A stretch of 64,000 nucleotides of DNA, taken from NCBI RefSeq assembly GCF_004010195.1, contig NC_057718.1:5871110-5935109 (forward strand), given 5' to 3'. Origin of the DNA: Chiloscyllium plagiosum (lineage: Eukaryota). Made by a program: the position numbers and the translations under genes. The notes under the pieces are model-generated. The model had not been told where the DNA came from, did no database searches, and saw only the letters and a program-made list of their open reading frames with translations. Below, piece by piece: positions 52,721-64,000 of this stretch (position 1 is the first letter of the stretch; every line of letters starts with the position of its first letter).

Positions 52721-52999
52721 ATTATTTGCTACATTTTCTTCTTTTATTCTGTCTGTCTTTATTTATTCTGTTCAGTAAAGAGAAAGAGAATTATACATTT
52801 TTGTTCATGGAGGATCTGGAGGGCACAAATGAAATTCAGATTTCCAGTAACTGCGGTTACTGGAAATCTGAAATAAAAACAGAATTAGCTGGAGAAACTC
52901 AGCAGATCTGGCAGCATCTGTGGAGAGAAAAGTACCTTCTTTAGGCCCCAGTAGAAATGAAAGAACTAGTTTGGAATCTAACGAGAGAGTTTTTAAAAT

Positions 53000-53760
53000 T
53001 AATTCAGGGGTTGTGAATGTTACTGGCTGAGCCCAGCATTTATTACCATTCCCAGTTGCCCTTGAGAAGGTGGTGATGAGCTGCCTTCTTGTACTGTAAT
53101 CCATCTCTGTAGGTTGACACTGATATCATGAGGGAGGGAATTCCTGGATTTTGAACCAGTGATGGTGAAGGAATGGCAGTATATTTCCAAGTCAAGATAG
53201 AAAGTATTTTGGAGGGGAACTAGTGTTCCCATATATTGCTGCTTGACCTTCCAGATGGAAATAGTTGTGGTTTGGATCTTTTGTGAATTTCTGCAGTGCA
53301 TCTTGTTGATAGTACACACTGCTGCTACTGAGTGTTGGTGGTGGAGGGAGTGGATGTTTGTGGATGGGGTGCGTATCAATCCTGGATGATGCCAAAGTTA
53401 TGAAATGTCATTGGAGATGCACTCATCCAGGCAAGTGGGACTTATGCCTTGTAGATAGTGGTCAGGCTTTGGGAAGTCAAGAGATGAGTTGGTCACTGCA
53501 GGATTCCTAGCCTCTAAACTGTTTTTATATCTATTTTCTTTATATGGCAAGCTCAATTCGGTTTTTGGCCAATGGTAACCCCACAGGATGTTGACAGGGG
53601 GGGATTCAATGACGGTAATGTCAAGAGAAGATGGTTAGATTTTCTCTGATTGAAGATGGTAATTTCCTGAAGATAAATTGGCCTAGGACACTACCCTAAG
53701 AAACTCCTGCAGAGGTGCCCCAGAGCGGAGATGACTGATGTTCAACAAACACAACAATCT
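53000..53760 (-). mobile_element. CR1/L2-group LINE (second family) 3' portion
   Basis: IHSLHHQHSVAAVCTINKMHCRNS-type C-terminus and gggcaa...aataaatgctgg tail. Confidence 0.7.
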
Positions 53761-53769
53761 TTCTATATT

Positions 53770-55340
53770 TAATTGAATCGATTTGAATTGATTGTCACAT
53801 GTACTGATGCACAATGAAAAGATTTGTCTTGCGAGCAATACAGGAAGATCACAGAGTTAAATAGCATAGATAAATAAATAATAGGTAAACAGCAGCAAAA
53901 ACAAAAACACAGGTACAGGCGAATATTAAGAGTTTGTGAGTCCATTCAGTATTCTAACAACAGTAGGGTAGAAACTGTTTTGAAACCGGCTGGTGCGTGT
54001 GTTCAGGCTTCTGTACCTTCTCCCCGATGGTAGAGGTTGTAGAAAAACATTTCCAGGGTGGGATGGACCTTTGAGAATGCTGGCGGCCTTTCCTTGACAG
54101 TGGGCCTTGTAGATGGATTCTATGTGAGGTTGGCCTTTGTGACTGTCTCGGCCAAGTTCACCACTCTCTGTAACCATCTCTGATCTTGAATGGTACAGTT
54201 CCCATACCAGGTAGTGATACATCCAGACAGAACGCTCTCAATGTCGCACCTATAAAAGTTGGCAAGGGTATTCGCCATCATGCCAAATTTCCTCAGCTGC
54301 ATGAGGAAGAAGAGACACTGTTGGGCCTTTGTCACCAGTGCGTCCACATGAAGAGTCCAAGAAAGCTTGTTGTGGATGACCACTCCCAGGAGCTTGACAA
54401 TCTCCACTCATTCCACGTCTGTGCTGTAGGGGGGCACGAGTAATATCCTGCCGAAAATCAATCATGATTTTCTTAGTTTTGTCAGCATTGAGAGCCAGGT
54501 TGTTCTCAGTGCACCATTTTTCCAGGTCTTCCACCTCCCGTCTGTAGTCTGTTTCATCGCCATCTGAGATTCGACCGACTATGGTGGTGTCATCAATGAA
54601 CTTGTAAATGGCATTATTCTGGTATTTGGCACTGCAGTCAAAGATATACACTGAATATAGTAGAGGGCTGAGTACGCACCCTTGGGTGGCTCCAGTGTTG
54701 AGTGTTAGTGAGGATAAAATATTGTCCTCAATCTTCACTGATTGTGGCCTGTGAGTCAGGAAACTGAGGATCCAGTTGTAGAGAGTGGGGCTTAGTCCGA
54801 GACCACTAAGTTTAGTAATCAGTCTCAAGGGGATAATAGTGTTGAAGGCTGAACTGTAGTTAATGAGTAGGATTCTTACATAGCTGTTCTTGGTGTCAAG
54901 ATGTTCTAGCGAGGACTGAAGGGCAAGTGATATGGTATCTGATGTGGATCTGTTGGTCTGATAGGCAAATTGGAGCGGGTCAAAAGTAGTGGGGAGGCTG
55001 GAGTTGATTAATGCCATGATCAAGGAGAAAGTGAGGACTGCAGGTGCTGGAGATCAGAGCTGAAAATGTGTTGCATAGAAAAGCGCAGCAGGTCAGGCAG
55101 CATCCAAGGAGCAGGAGAATCGATGTTTCGGGAATGAGCCCTTCTTCAGGAAACCTTAGTGAGGAAACTTTACTGAAGAAGGGCTCATGCCCGAAACGTC
55201 GATTCTCCTGCTCCTTGGATGCTGCCTGACCTGCTGCGCTTTTCCAGCAAAACATTTTCAGCTAATGCCATGATCAGCCTTTCAAAGCACTTCATGACCA
55301 CCGAAGTTAGGGCCACTGGGCGGTAGTCATTGAGACATGC
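53770..55340 (-). mobile_element. Rex1/Babar-type LINE, RT domain to 3' end
   Basis: ORF 54250-55023 reads FDPLQFAYQTNRST...YSSAFNTIIP...GATQGCVLSPLLYS...KFIDDTTIVG. The C-terminus reads NFYRCDIESVLSGCITTWYG, followed by a (TCAAT)n-like tail. Confidence 0.9.
55023..55262. mobile_element. PLE family A inverted-repeat insertion in the Rex1 RT, hammerhead cores on both arms
   Basis: Plus core CTGAAGA-A-GGGC-TCAT-GCCC-GAAAC-GTC at 55173-55200, and a mutated minus core at about 55122-55149. Flanked by the 14-bp repeat taatgccatgatca (55009-55022, 55263-55276). Confidence 0.9.
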
Positions 55341-56223
55341 TGCATGAGCCTTCTAAGGCACAGGGATGATGTTGGCCCTCTTGAAACAGGCAGGGACAGT
55401 GGCCTGAAGTTTCGCGAGGGCTCCTTGATGTACCACTCTGTCAATTGTGAACTTGATGCAAAGGCTGTCACTCTCACCTCCCTTCTGGAATTCAAGTCTT
55501 TTTCCATGTTTGAACTGAGTGAGATTCAGGAACTGAGTAGCTCAGGCAGGACCTAAACTGCAAGCAGGAACTGGAGTAATGTTGAGACCAGCAGAGGGAG
55601 GGAGAATCAAGAGAGGGTGAGGGAAAATCTTGGGTTCTGTTCCACATTTCCCTCCAACCACCCTGTCTCAAAGCATTACACAACATGAGCGTACAGCTGT
55701 CTGCAATCGCAATATTTTGTTAGTCATGCACCAGTTGGTCAGGAGCCAGCTCTGTGAGCACCATAATATACGTCCTTAACTGAGAAGCATTTCACTTTGT
55801 ATGCAATAAATGTCAAAGTTTTTTTTTATTATTTAAGGCAAGAAGTTTGATGAGAAATCTCGGCTTTGCGCAAACTGCATGTGTTTAGGAGCTGCATAAT
55901 GGGTAGTCCAGAGAACACAGGTTCATGAGGGGCTGTAATATTCTGGCCCATAATGACAGGAAAGAACGCTCTCCCTAGACAGGGCCACACCCTCCGAGTT
56001 CGATGACATTTCACCTGATTTCAGCTGTTAGATTCTTCACTCACTATCCCTACCATTCTGCTGAATATTGTGACCCTACAGATCCTTGCAACGACTCAGC
56101 ATCCTCAGTGAGTGAGCTAACAGTGCGAAATACACATACTTCAGCTCAATCCCTCACTAAGGAAGATGGAATGTCACCTCTCCAGTTGCTAAGAATGCTG
56201 TCCCTGGCTACAAGAACCCAGTC

Positions 56224-56352
56224 CTTCCTGATGAAGGGCTTATGCCCGAAACGTCAATTCCCCTGCCCCTCGGGTGCTGCCTGCCCCGCTGTGCTTTTCA
56301 GCACCACACTCTCGACTCTGATCTCCAGCATCTGCAGTCCTCACTTTCTACC
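56224..56352 (+). mobile_element. PLE family A single-arm insertion with intact hammerhead core
   Basis: CTGATGA-A-GGGC-TTAT-GCCC-GAAAC-GTC at 56228-56255. Flanked by the 14-bp repeat acaagaacccagtc (56210-56223, 56353-56366). Confidence 0.9.
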
Positions 56353-57094
56353 ACAAGAACCCAGTCATGGGAAAGGACTTTGTTTCTTGCATCTTATTGC
56401 TCCAAGTCTCTCCTTTTCCTCACTTCCAGTCACCGCCTGTGAAGGGTCAGCGATGTGTATATTCTGGATTAGTGGTGCTGGAAGAGCACAGCAGTTGAGG
56501 CAGCATCCAAGGAGCAGCGAAATCTATATGTCTGTCCCAGGCCCAGTATCCTCTTATTGAACTTATGGAACAAAGTGTGCATCCCTGAAAGCTACCTTTT
56601 TGACTCTACTGTCAACACACTAGATCCAGTGTTTGCTGGATTTTGAGAGAGACTGCAGGCACCTTGCTAATTCTACAAGACAATTACAGGTGTCGCAGTG
56701 CAAAAGCAGTAATGCCTCATCAGTCAGATATGTTTTGGCAGGGAATGGGCAGGGGTTGTGCATGGAAGTGACCACAAGCTGTTCTGTTGCTCTCGGCACA
56801 TGGTCACACATTCAGGTGGTCAGTCTTTCCGTGCAATAGCAGAATCTTTGACCCCAGAAGGGTCCCTGTGATGCACAAAAAGCTCTTTACCCACTGGACG
56901 AATATAATGTGCCATTTAACATTAGCTGCAACTCACTTGCATGCAGAAAAGCCAGCAATGATGTGGGGCAACTCTACACAGCACTCTAAAACACCCACCA
57001 CCAACGTGGATAATCCTGGTCAGAGTGTCAAAGTGAAAGACAAACAGCCAAAGAGGGAGAAGCATGAAAAGGAGAAGTATTTTTACCTGTCCTG

Positions 57095-57260
57095 TTACAG
57101 CGTGGGTTCAATTCCCATCACCGGTTTGAGGTCACCATGAAGGACTCTCCTTCTCAACCTCTTCCCTTACCTAAGGTCTGGTGGCCCTCAGGTTAAATCA
57201 CCACCAGTCCTTCTCTCTAATCAGAGAGCAACCCACATGGTCTGATATGGCTATGGCAAC
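57095..57260 (+). mobile_element. tRNA-derived SINE family 3 fragment
   Basis: gtgggttcaattcc...cctcaggttaaatcaccaccagtc. Also at about 14065(-), 34715-34900(-), 45210-45370(-) and 63445-63900(+). Confidence 0.6.
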
Positions 57261-58790
57261 ACAACATTCAGGAGGAAGAGCTCGTCGTAATTTTCTGAAA
57301 TGGCTTTGATTGAAAAGAAAAGGTTTTCAGGCAGCATAACTTTCACTAAACTAGCCGGAGTGTTATGAGTCAAATGGCCTGGTTCACACCGACTCTCCGA
57401 GGTAAAGGCATTTTGGATGGAGCAGAGCAAAACAATAAAGGATGTTCCCAATGAAAGCAGAGGTACATGAAGCAATGAAACAAGGGTACCCAAAACGGAA
57501 GGAATTAGAGGGATATGGCCAACTGCTGGCAATGGGACTAGACTAATTTTGGTTTTCTGGTCGGACCGTAGGTTCTGTTTCTGTGCTGTACAGCGCTGTG
57601 AGTTTAAATTATGAATCTGGTTTGGAGAATGAGGATAAGCCAAGATCAATGAAAGATTTTGGTGTCCCAACAGCAGGGAAAACAGCTGTGTATTTGGTCA
57701 GTTCCCTTTGAGAGTCCCAGGCACAGAACTCCATTCTTGAATAAAGATCAGTGTGTCTGGTTTGAGAACACACCCTTCAGGACATAGGAATCCTATCGCT
57801 GTTACGCAATGTGGTTGAGACGCTGAAATGCTCAGCAAGGGTGGTCTTTATAACTTGGCACAATGAAACAGAATTAATTCCATTATGCTTGCCTTTCTTT
57901 ACTTCTTGCATAGGTCTATTATAGTTTTTACCCTTAATGTCTGTGCTAACAATATAGATTACCCCTATAGCTACATAAGGCATTGACTATTTGAACAAAT
58001 GGTACTCAAAGTGATTTTTTTCCCTTAACTTCTGAATGCTGGAGATTTATATTGATTTTTCAGCTGGTCTTAATATCGCTAAAGCTTATAAAAGACAGGA
58101 ATTCCTTCAAATGAAGACAGAAGCATCAAACAAAAGGACACATTTATAGGAACCCTGCATGACCTCAAAATGTCCTCAAGCCTTTAAATATTTGATATTC
58201 CAAATATACGCTTCAATTATCCTCTTTTCAAATTCCAGCTTCACCACAAAATTGGAGACTCGCATCCCTGGTGCTATTGTCATAAATCTCCTTGACATTC
58301 TCTCCGAGACCTCGTATCCCTCCAACAGCCCATCTCAGGACACAACACTCCGGCTAAAGCCAAGCCAGTGATTTCTCACATTCCAGCAGAATTTCTTCAC
58401 TTTTGTACTCTCCTACCTCTCCCTGAGATGTCATTGCTGTCATCCAAGATGGCGACCTGGAGGAGCAAGCAGCAAGCTGAAGTTGCAGATATCCCACTCT
58501 GACATTCCTTTTGGGAATTCTCAGCATCTACTTCCCCCAGTGGAGATACTGGTTGGTGTAGTGGTGCTATGATACAAAGCTATGTATTGATGAGGTGAGG
58601 TGTATGGTTCATGAGGCCAGCAACAAGCAATGCTCCCTCTTTATAGGCTCCTCACCACTGTCAAATGAGAATCACAACTCTATATCTGGAATTGTGTTGG
58701 AAAACTTTGTTCAACAACACTCCCCAGAGGCTTACCGAAGTCCTATCCTGACCTGTCTTACCAAAATGCAATACCTCGTATTTTTCTGAA

Positions 58791-59676
58791 TAGAACAAAA
58801 AACAAAGGAAATTTGCAGCCCAAGAACAGGCCTTTGGCCCCCCAAGCCTGAGCCGATCTAAATCCACTGTTTAAACCTGTCACCCAATTCCTAAGGATCT
58901 GTATCCCTCTGCTCCCCACCTACTCATGCATCTGTCCAGACACACCTTAAATGAATCTACCATATCTGCCTCTACCACCTTTGCTGGCAATGTGTTCCAG
59001 GCATCACCACCCTCTGTGTAAAGTACTTTCCACGTGTATCCCCTTTAAACTTTTCACCTCTCATCTTGAATGCATGACCTCTTGTTATTGTATCCCTCAC
59101 CCTGGGAAAAAGCTTATCTCTACCAACTTTGTCTATGCTCTTCATGATTTTGTAGACCTCAATCAGGTCCCCCTCAATCTCCTGTTTTCTAAATAAAACA
59201 ATCCTAACCTACTCAACCTCTCATCACAGTTAGCACCTTCCATACAGGCAACATCCTTGTAAATTTTCTCTGCACCCTCTCCAAAGCATTCACATCCTTT
59301 TGGTAATGTGGCGACCAGAACTGTACACAGTATTCTAAAGGTGGCCAAACCAAAGTCTTGTACAATTTTAACATGACCTGCCAGCTCTTATACTCAATAC
59401 CCCATCCAATGAAGGCAGGCATACTATATGCCGTCTTGACCACTCTATCCACCTGTGCAGCCACTTTCAGGGTACAATGGACCTGAACTCCCAGATCTCT
59501 CTGCTCATCACCTTTTCCCAAGGCTCTTCCATTTACAGCATAGTTTGCTCTAGACTTATCAAAATGCATCACCTCATACTTGGCTGGATTGAACTCCATC
59601 TGCCATTTCTCTGCCCAACTCTCCAGTCTATCCACATGCTCCTGTATTCTTTGACAGTCTACTATGCTTTCTGCTC
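58791..59676 (-). mobile_element. Younger CR1 3' portion nested in the older CR1
   Basis: ORF 59213-59635 reads DRLESWAEKWQMEFN...LEYCVQFWSPHY, with its own tail at about 58791-58810. Confidence 0.8.
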
Positions 59677-61072
59677 CATTCTGACATTCCTCAGCCTACT
59701 GGCCCAATTGATCAAGATTGTGTTGTACTCTTAGATAACTTCGTCAGTGTCCTCTGTACCACCAATGTTGGTGTTATCCGCAAACGTACTAACCATGCCT
59801 CTGGTATTCTCATCCACATTGTTCATATCAATGACAAACAACAGTGGACCCAGCATCAATCCTAACAGTACACCACTGGTCACAAGCCTCCAGTCTGAAC
59901 AACAAACCCTGTACCACCACTCTCTGCTCTTATCGTCCAGCCAATTTTGTATCCAATTGGCTTGCTCTCCCTGGATCTCATGTGATCTAACCTTAACTAA
60001 CAAGTCTATGTAGAATACCTTGCTAAAGTCCATGTAAATAATATCAACTGCACTGCCCCCATGTTTCTCCCAGCCACCTCTTCAAAAACCTCAATCAAGC
60101 TGGTGAGACACAATTTCCCAGGCACAAAGCCATGATGACCATCCCTAATCAGTCCATCCCTCTCCAAATGCATGTAGATCCTGTCTCTCAACAACTTACC
60201 CACCACTGACATTCAGCTCACCAGCCTGTAGTTTCCTGGGTTTTCCTTACATTCTTTCTTAAATAAAGGCACCATATTAGCTAACCTCCAGTCTTCCGGC
60301 CCTCAATGATTCAAATATCTTTGCAAGGGGCCCGGCAATCTCTTTCCTAGCTTCCCACAATGTCCTGGGATACACTTTATCAAGTCTCGGGGAATTATCT
60401 ACCTTTATCTGTTTTAAGACCTCCAGCACATGTCCTTCTATGTGGACTCTTTTCAAGACTATTTACTTCCCTAAGTTCTCTAGTTTCCATATGTTCCTCT
60501 AAAGTAAATACTGATAAGAAATATTCTTTTAGAATCTCACTCATCTCCTGTGGTTCCACAGATAGACGACCTTGTTGATCTTTAAGGGGCTCTCTTTTCT
60601 CCCTAGTTATTCATTTGTCCTTAATATACTTGTAATATCTCTGTTTAAACTCTTGTTTGCCTTATTTGCCTAATCTATCTCATGCCCTCCTGATTTTTCC
60701 CTCCTGATTTCCCTGTTAAGTGTACTCCTACAGCCCCTATACTTCTCAAGGGATTCACTTGATCACAGCTGTCTATACCTGACGTATGCCATCTTCCTTT
60801 TCTTGGCCAGAGCCTCAATATCTCTAGTCATCCAGTGTTCCTTACTCCTGCCAGCCTCGCTATTCATACTACGAGGATCATGCTGTCCCTGAACTCTCAT
60901 TATCTCGCTTTTGAAAACTCTTCATTTGCCAGATGTCCCTTTACCTGTGAACAGCCTCCCCCAATCAACCTATGAAAGTTCCTGTCTACCACCATCAAAG
61001 CTGGACTTTAATTTGCAGACCAGACCATCCTTTACATACCTATTTTAAAATGAATTGACTAATGCTCGCTGG

Positions 61073-61287
61073 GTGAAAGTAAGGACTGCAGATGCTGGAG
61101 ATCAGAGTCAAGATTAGAGTGGTGCTGGAAAAGCACAGCAGGTCAGGCAGCATCTGAGGAGCAGGAGAATCGACGTTTCGGGCACAAGCCCTTCATCAGG
61201 AGTGGCTCCTGCCCAAAACATCGATTTTCCTGCTCCTCGGATGCTGCCTGACCTGCTGTGCTTTTCCAGCACCACTCTAATCTTGAC
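61073..61287. mobile_element. PLE family A inverted-repeat insertion in CR1 ORF2
   Basis: Intact minus core CTGATGA-A-GGGC-TTGT-GCCC-GAAAC-GTC at 61172-61199. Flanked by the 15-bp repeat actaatgctc(g/a)ctgg (61058-61072, 61288-61302). Confidence 0.9.
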
Positions 61288-63444
61288 ACTAATGCTCACT
61301 GGTCCCAATTGCTCCTCCACTTACACCTCAATCACTTGCCCTGCCTTATTTCCTAATAGGAGGCTGAATTTTGCCTCTTTTCCAGTAGGACCATCTACAT
61401 AATGCTTGAGAAACTTTTCCTGAACACTTTTAACAAAGTCTTCCCTATCCCAGCCCTTAACACTATGGCAGTCCCATTTTTGGAATGTTAAAATCCCCAA
61501 TTATTATTCTTACAGATATCTGAGATCTCCTGATATATCTGCTCCTCAGTTTCCTGCTGACTTTTAGGGAGGCCTATAGTACAATCCCATCAAAGTGTCA
61601 CCCATTTCTTATTTCTCACTTCCACCCATATAGCTTCACTGGATGATCCCCAAGGAATATCCTCTCTAAGTACTGCCATAATGCTTTCCATCATCAAAAA
61701 ATCCATTCCCACTCCTGTCTCGCTTCCCCTTCTAACCTTCCTTAGCATCTGTACCCTGGAACATTGAGCTGTTAGATCCGTCCATCCCTCAGCCATGTTT
61801 TTGTATTAGCTATGATATCCCAGTCCCACATACCCATCCATACCCTGAATTCATCTACCTTACCTTTTGCATTGAAATAAAAGCAGTATAATTTGTCAGT
61901 CTTCCGTCGTTCCCTGCCATGTTTTTGCCTGTCCTGTCTAATTAACTTGTTCTCGTTAACTCCTGCACTCGCCTCAACGTTCTGTTTTGTTTCACTACTA
62001 TTTAGGGTCCCACCGCTTGCTGGACTAGTTTAAATCCTCCTGAGCAGCTCTAACAAATCTCCCCAGCAGGATACTGGTCACCCTCCGGTTCGGGTACAAC
62101 CCATCCCTCTTATATGGGTCACCTCTGCTGCAGAAGAGATCCCAGTGATCCAACAATCTGAATCTTTGCCCTCAGCACCAACTCCTCAGCCACACATTCA
62201 TCTACCCTGTCCTCCTATTCCTACTCTCACCAGCACATGACATTGGGAGTCATCCAGTGATTGCCAGTCTTGAGGTCCTGCTTTTTAATCTCCTGCCTAA
62301 TTCCTTACATTTGCTACACAGGGTCATTCCTATTTTTTTATCCTAAATTGTTGGTACTAATGACCTCTGACCTGTCACATTTCACTTTGGGAATTTTCTG
62401 CAGCCACTCTGAGATGTCCTTGGCCCTGGCACCAGGGAGTCAACATACCAACCTGGAGTCTCGTTTGTGAGCTCAGAAATCCATTCTGTGCCCCTGACTA
62501 GACAGTCTCCTGTCATTTGCTTGGACTTTGCCATACCCTGCTTCACAGCAGAGCCAGCTGTGGTGCCACAGCCCTGGCGACAGGTGCTGTTTTCCCCGGA
62601 GAGGTTCTCCCCCATAATAATGTCTAGAATGGTATACTTGTTTGGGAAGGGGATAGCCACAGAAGACTCCTGCACAACCTGGTTACCTCTCTTGATGGTC
62701 ACCCATCTACCTGACGGTACCTACAATGTGATCACCTCCCTAAAGTTACTTTCTATCACACTCTCTGCTTCCTGTATGCTTCTCAGTGTGTCCAGCTGCC
62801 ACCCATGTGGTCTGAGAGGAACTGCAGCCAGACACGCTTCCTGCAGACATAGTCACCAGGGACAATTGTCTGATCTCCCACATGATACAGAAGAAGCACA
62901 TTACTCAATTGACTCTCTGTCCCATTAATTACTCGTTTTTTTTTTACTGAACTTTTTAAAGTTTAAAAGCTTTGGAAGATTTTAAAAACTAAATGAACTA
63001 AACAAGTCCCACGCTTAAACAATGGCTTACAAAATAGCAGTTTGGAAAATGCCTACTAAGACTTATTCACCCCGTTGCTCCCACTCACTTGCTGAACGGT
63101 TACATCTGGTCTATTCCTGTCCCCACTGCACCTGTGGAAGGAGGAAGGGAACCAAAGCTCAGGAATGGCTCCCTCCCCCAATTCCCTAAACTCCCATACT
63201 CACCTCAAATCCCAGCGTTTCACTCTCTGCAGTTAGCACTCTTTTGAAATGTATTTTTGTAGGAAACCACACTGACCAATTTGCTCATTGCAAACTCCCA
63301 CAAATGGCAATGATACAACTGGACAGAGCATCAGCCTTCACATGTGGGTTAGAGAATAATGAGGACAGCTGGTGTATTTCACTGCTTCTTTCTGAATAGT
63401 GCCTATTATATTCACCCAAAGGATTCATGGTGTCCTTAACTGAG

Positions 63445-63663
63445 TTGGTTAGCTCAGTTAGCTGGACAGCTGGTTTGCATTGTTAAATGATGCCAACAGT
63501 GTAGGGTGATTGATTGATTGAGTGATTGATTTATTGTTGTCACATATCCTAAGATACAGTGAAAAGTGTTTTGCCTGCTGTACAGGCAACTCGCACCTTA
63601 CAAAGTGAATCAGGGTAGCATAACAGAGCGCAGAATACAGTGTGATCACCAAAGTGAAGGTGC

Positions 63664-63695
<32 letters not shown>

Positions 63696-63900
63696 CGATC
63701 AGAATTAACATTTGAGACGTTGATTCAAAAGTCTGATAACAGCGGGGAAAAGGGTTCAGTTCCTGCACCAGGTGAGGCGCTATACAGAACTCTCTTGCTC
63801 TCTCTCCCGTTCCCCCTCCTCTTTTACCTGAGGCATGTTGACCTTCAGGTTAAATCACTACCAGTCATGTCTCTCTGTCTCTAATGAGAGAGTGGGATTG
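63445..63900 (+). mobile_element. SINE family 3 interrupted by a minus-strand Rex1-type 3' end containing (GA)n
   Basis: The head tagctcagttagctgg...agtgtagggt breaks at about 63507 and resumes agggttcagttcc at about 63751. The insert has a (GATT)n tail and (GA)n at 63665-63695. Confidence 0.65.
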
Positions 63901-63934
63901 TGGTGAATTTACCTTTATCAAGTATGCAAACTCA

Positions 63935-64000
63935 GTTCTGAGGAAGGGTCACTGGACTAGAAAAGTTAACTTTAATTTCTGTCCACAGATGCTGCCAGAC
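63935..64000 (+). mobile_element. PLE-type family C repeat with degenerate hammerhead core
   Basis: CTGAGGA-A-GGGTC-ACTG-GACTA-GAAAA-GTT followed by the family arm ccacagatgctgccagac. Confidence 0.65.

Larger units (their letters stand above)
58720..62930 (-). mobile_element. Near-full-length decayed CR1 LINE (ORF1 with Cys motif and esterase-like region; ORF2 endonuclease + RT)
   Basis: ORF1: PGDYVCRK, VAIPFPNKYTILD, GDCLVRGT, LPGARAKD. ORF2: SSEAIWVEVRNKK, SVVGKLL, MDFSKVF, LGPLLFVIDMNNVD...FADNT. Confidence 0.9.

Noticed and set aside
58445..58454. YY1-like CAAGATGGCG / start-codon context
   Set aside because: A single motif with no CpG island, and the ORF is only 17 codons.
1..64000. 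CRISPR array or prokaryotic operon/defence system
   Set aside because: There is no regular repeat-spacer array or gene-dense organisation; the sequence is vertebrate repeat-rich DNA.

Overview
This is eukaryotic, repeat-dense, essentially non-coding DNA from a shark. The dense HE1-type V-SINEs and CR1 LINEs point to an elasmobranch; a carpet/bamboo shark is my guess. It is probably a large intron or intergenic region, with one assembly gap (8952-9240). I could not identify any host protein-coding gene, rRNA, real tRNA or CRISPR array. Most ORFs in the track are transposon fragments or spurious. Content: about 12 HE1 SINEs, two further tRNA-derived SINE families, many CR1 fragments including one near-full-length decayed copy, Rex1/Babar-type LINE pieces, a decayed Gypsy element, a solo LTR with a 4-bp TSD, a Tigger-like MITE, a possible Harbinger Myb-like remnant, and Penelope-like elements (PLEs). 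The most notable signal is four distinct PLE-type terminal-repeat families. Each carries a minimal hammerhead ribozyme core (CUGANGA-stem II-GAAA-palindromic stem III-NUH). Many copies are ORF-less 90-390 bp insertions, often inverted-repeat pairs, flanked by 12-15 bp direct repeats. All family assignments come from motif recognition by eye, not database searches, and the boundaries of decayed elements are approximate.
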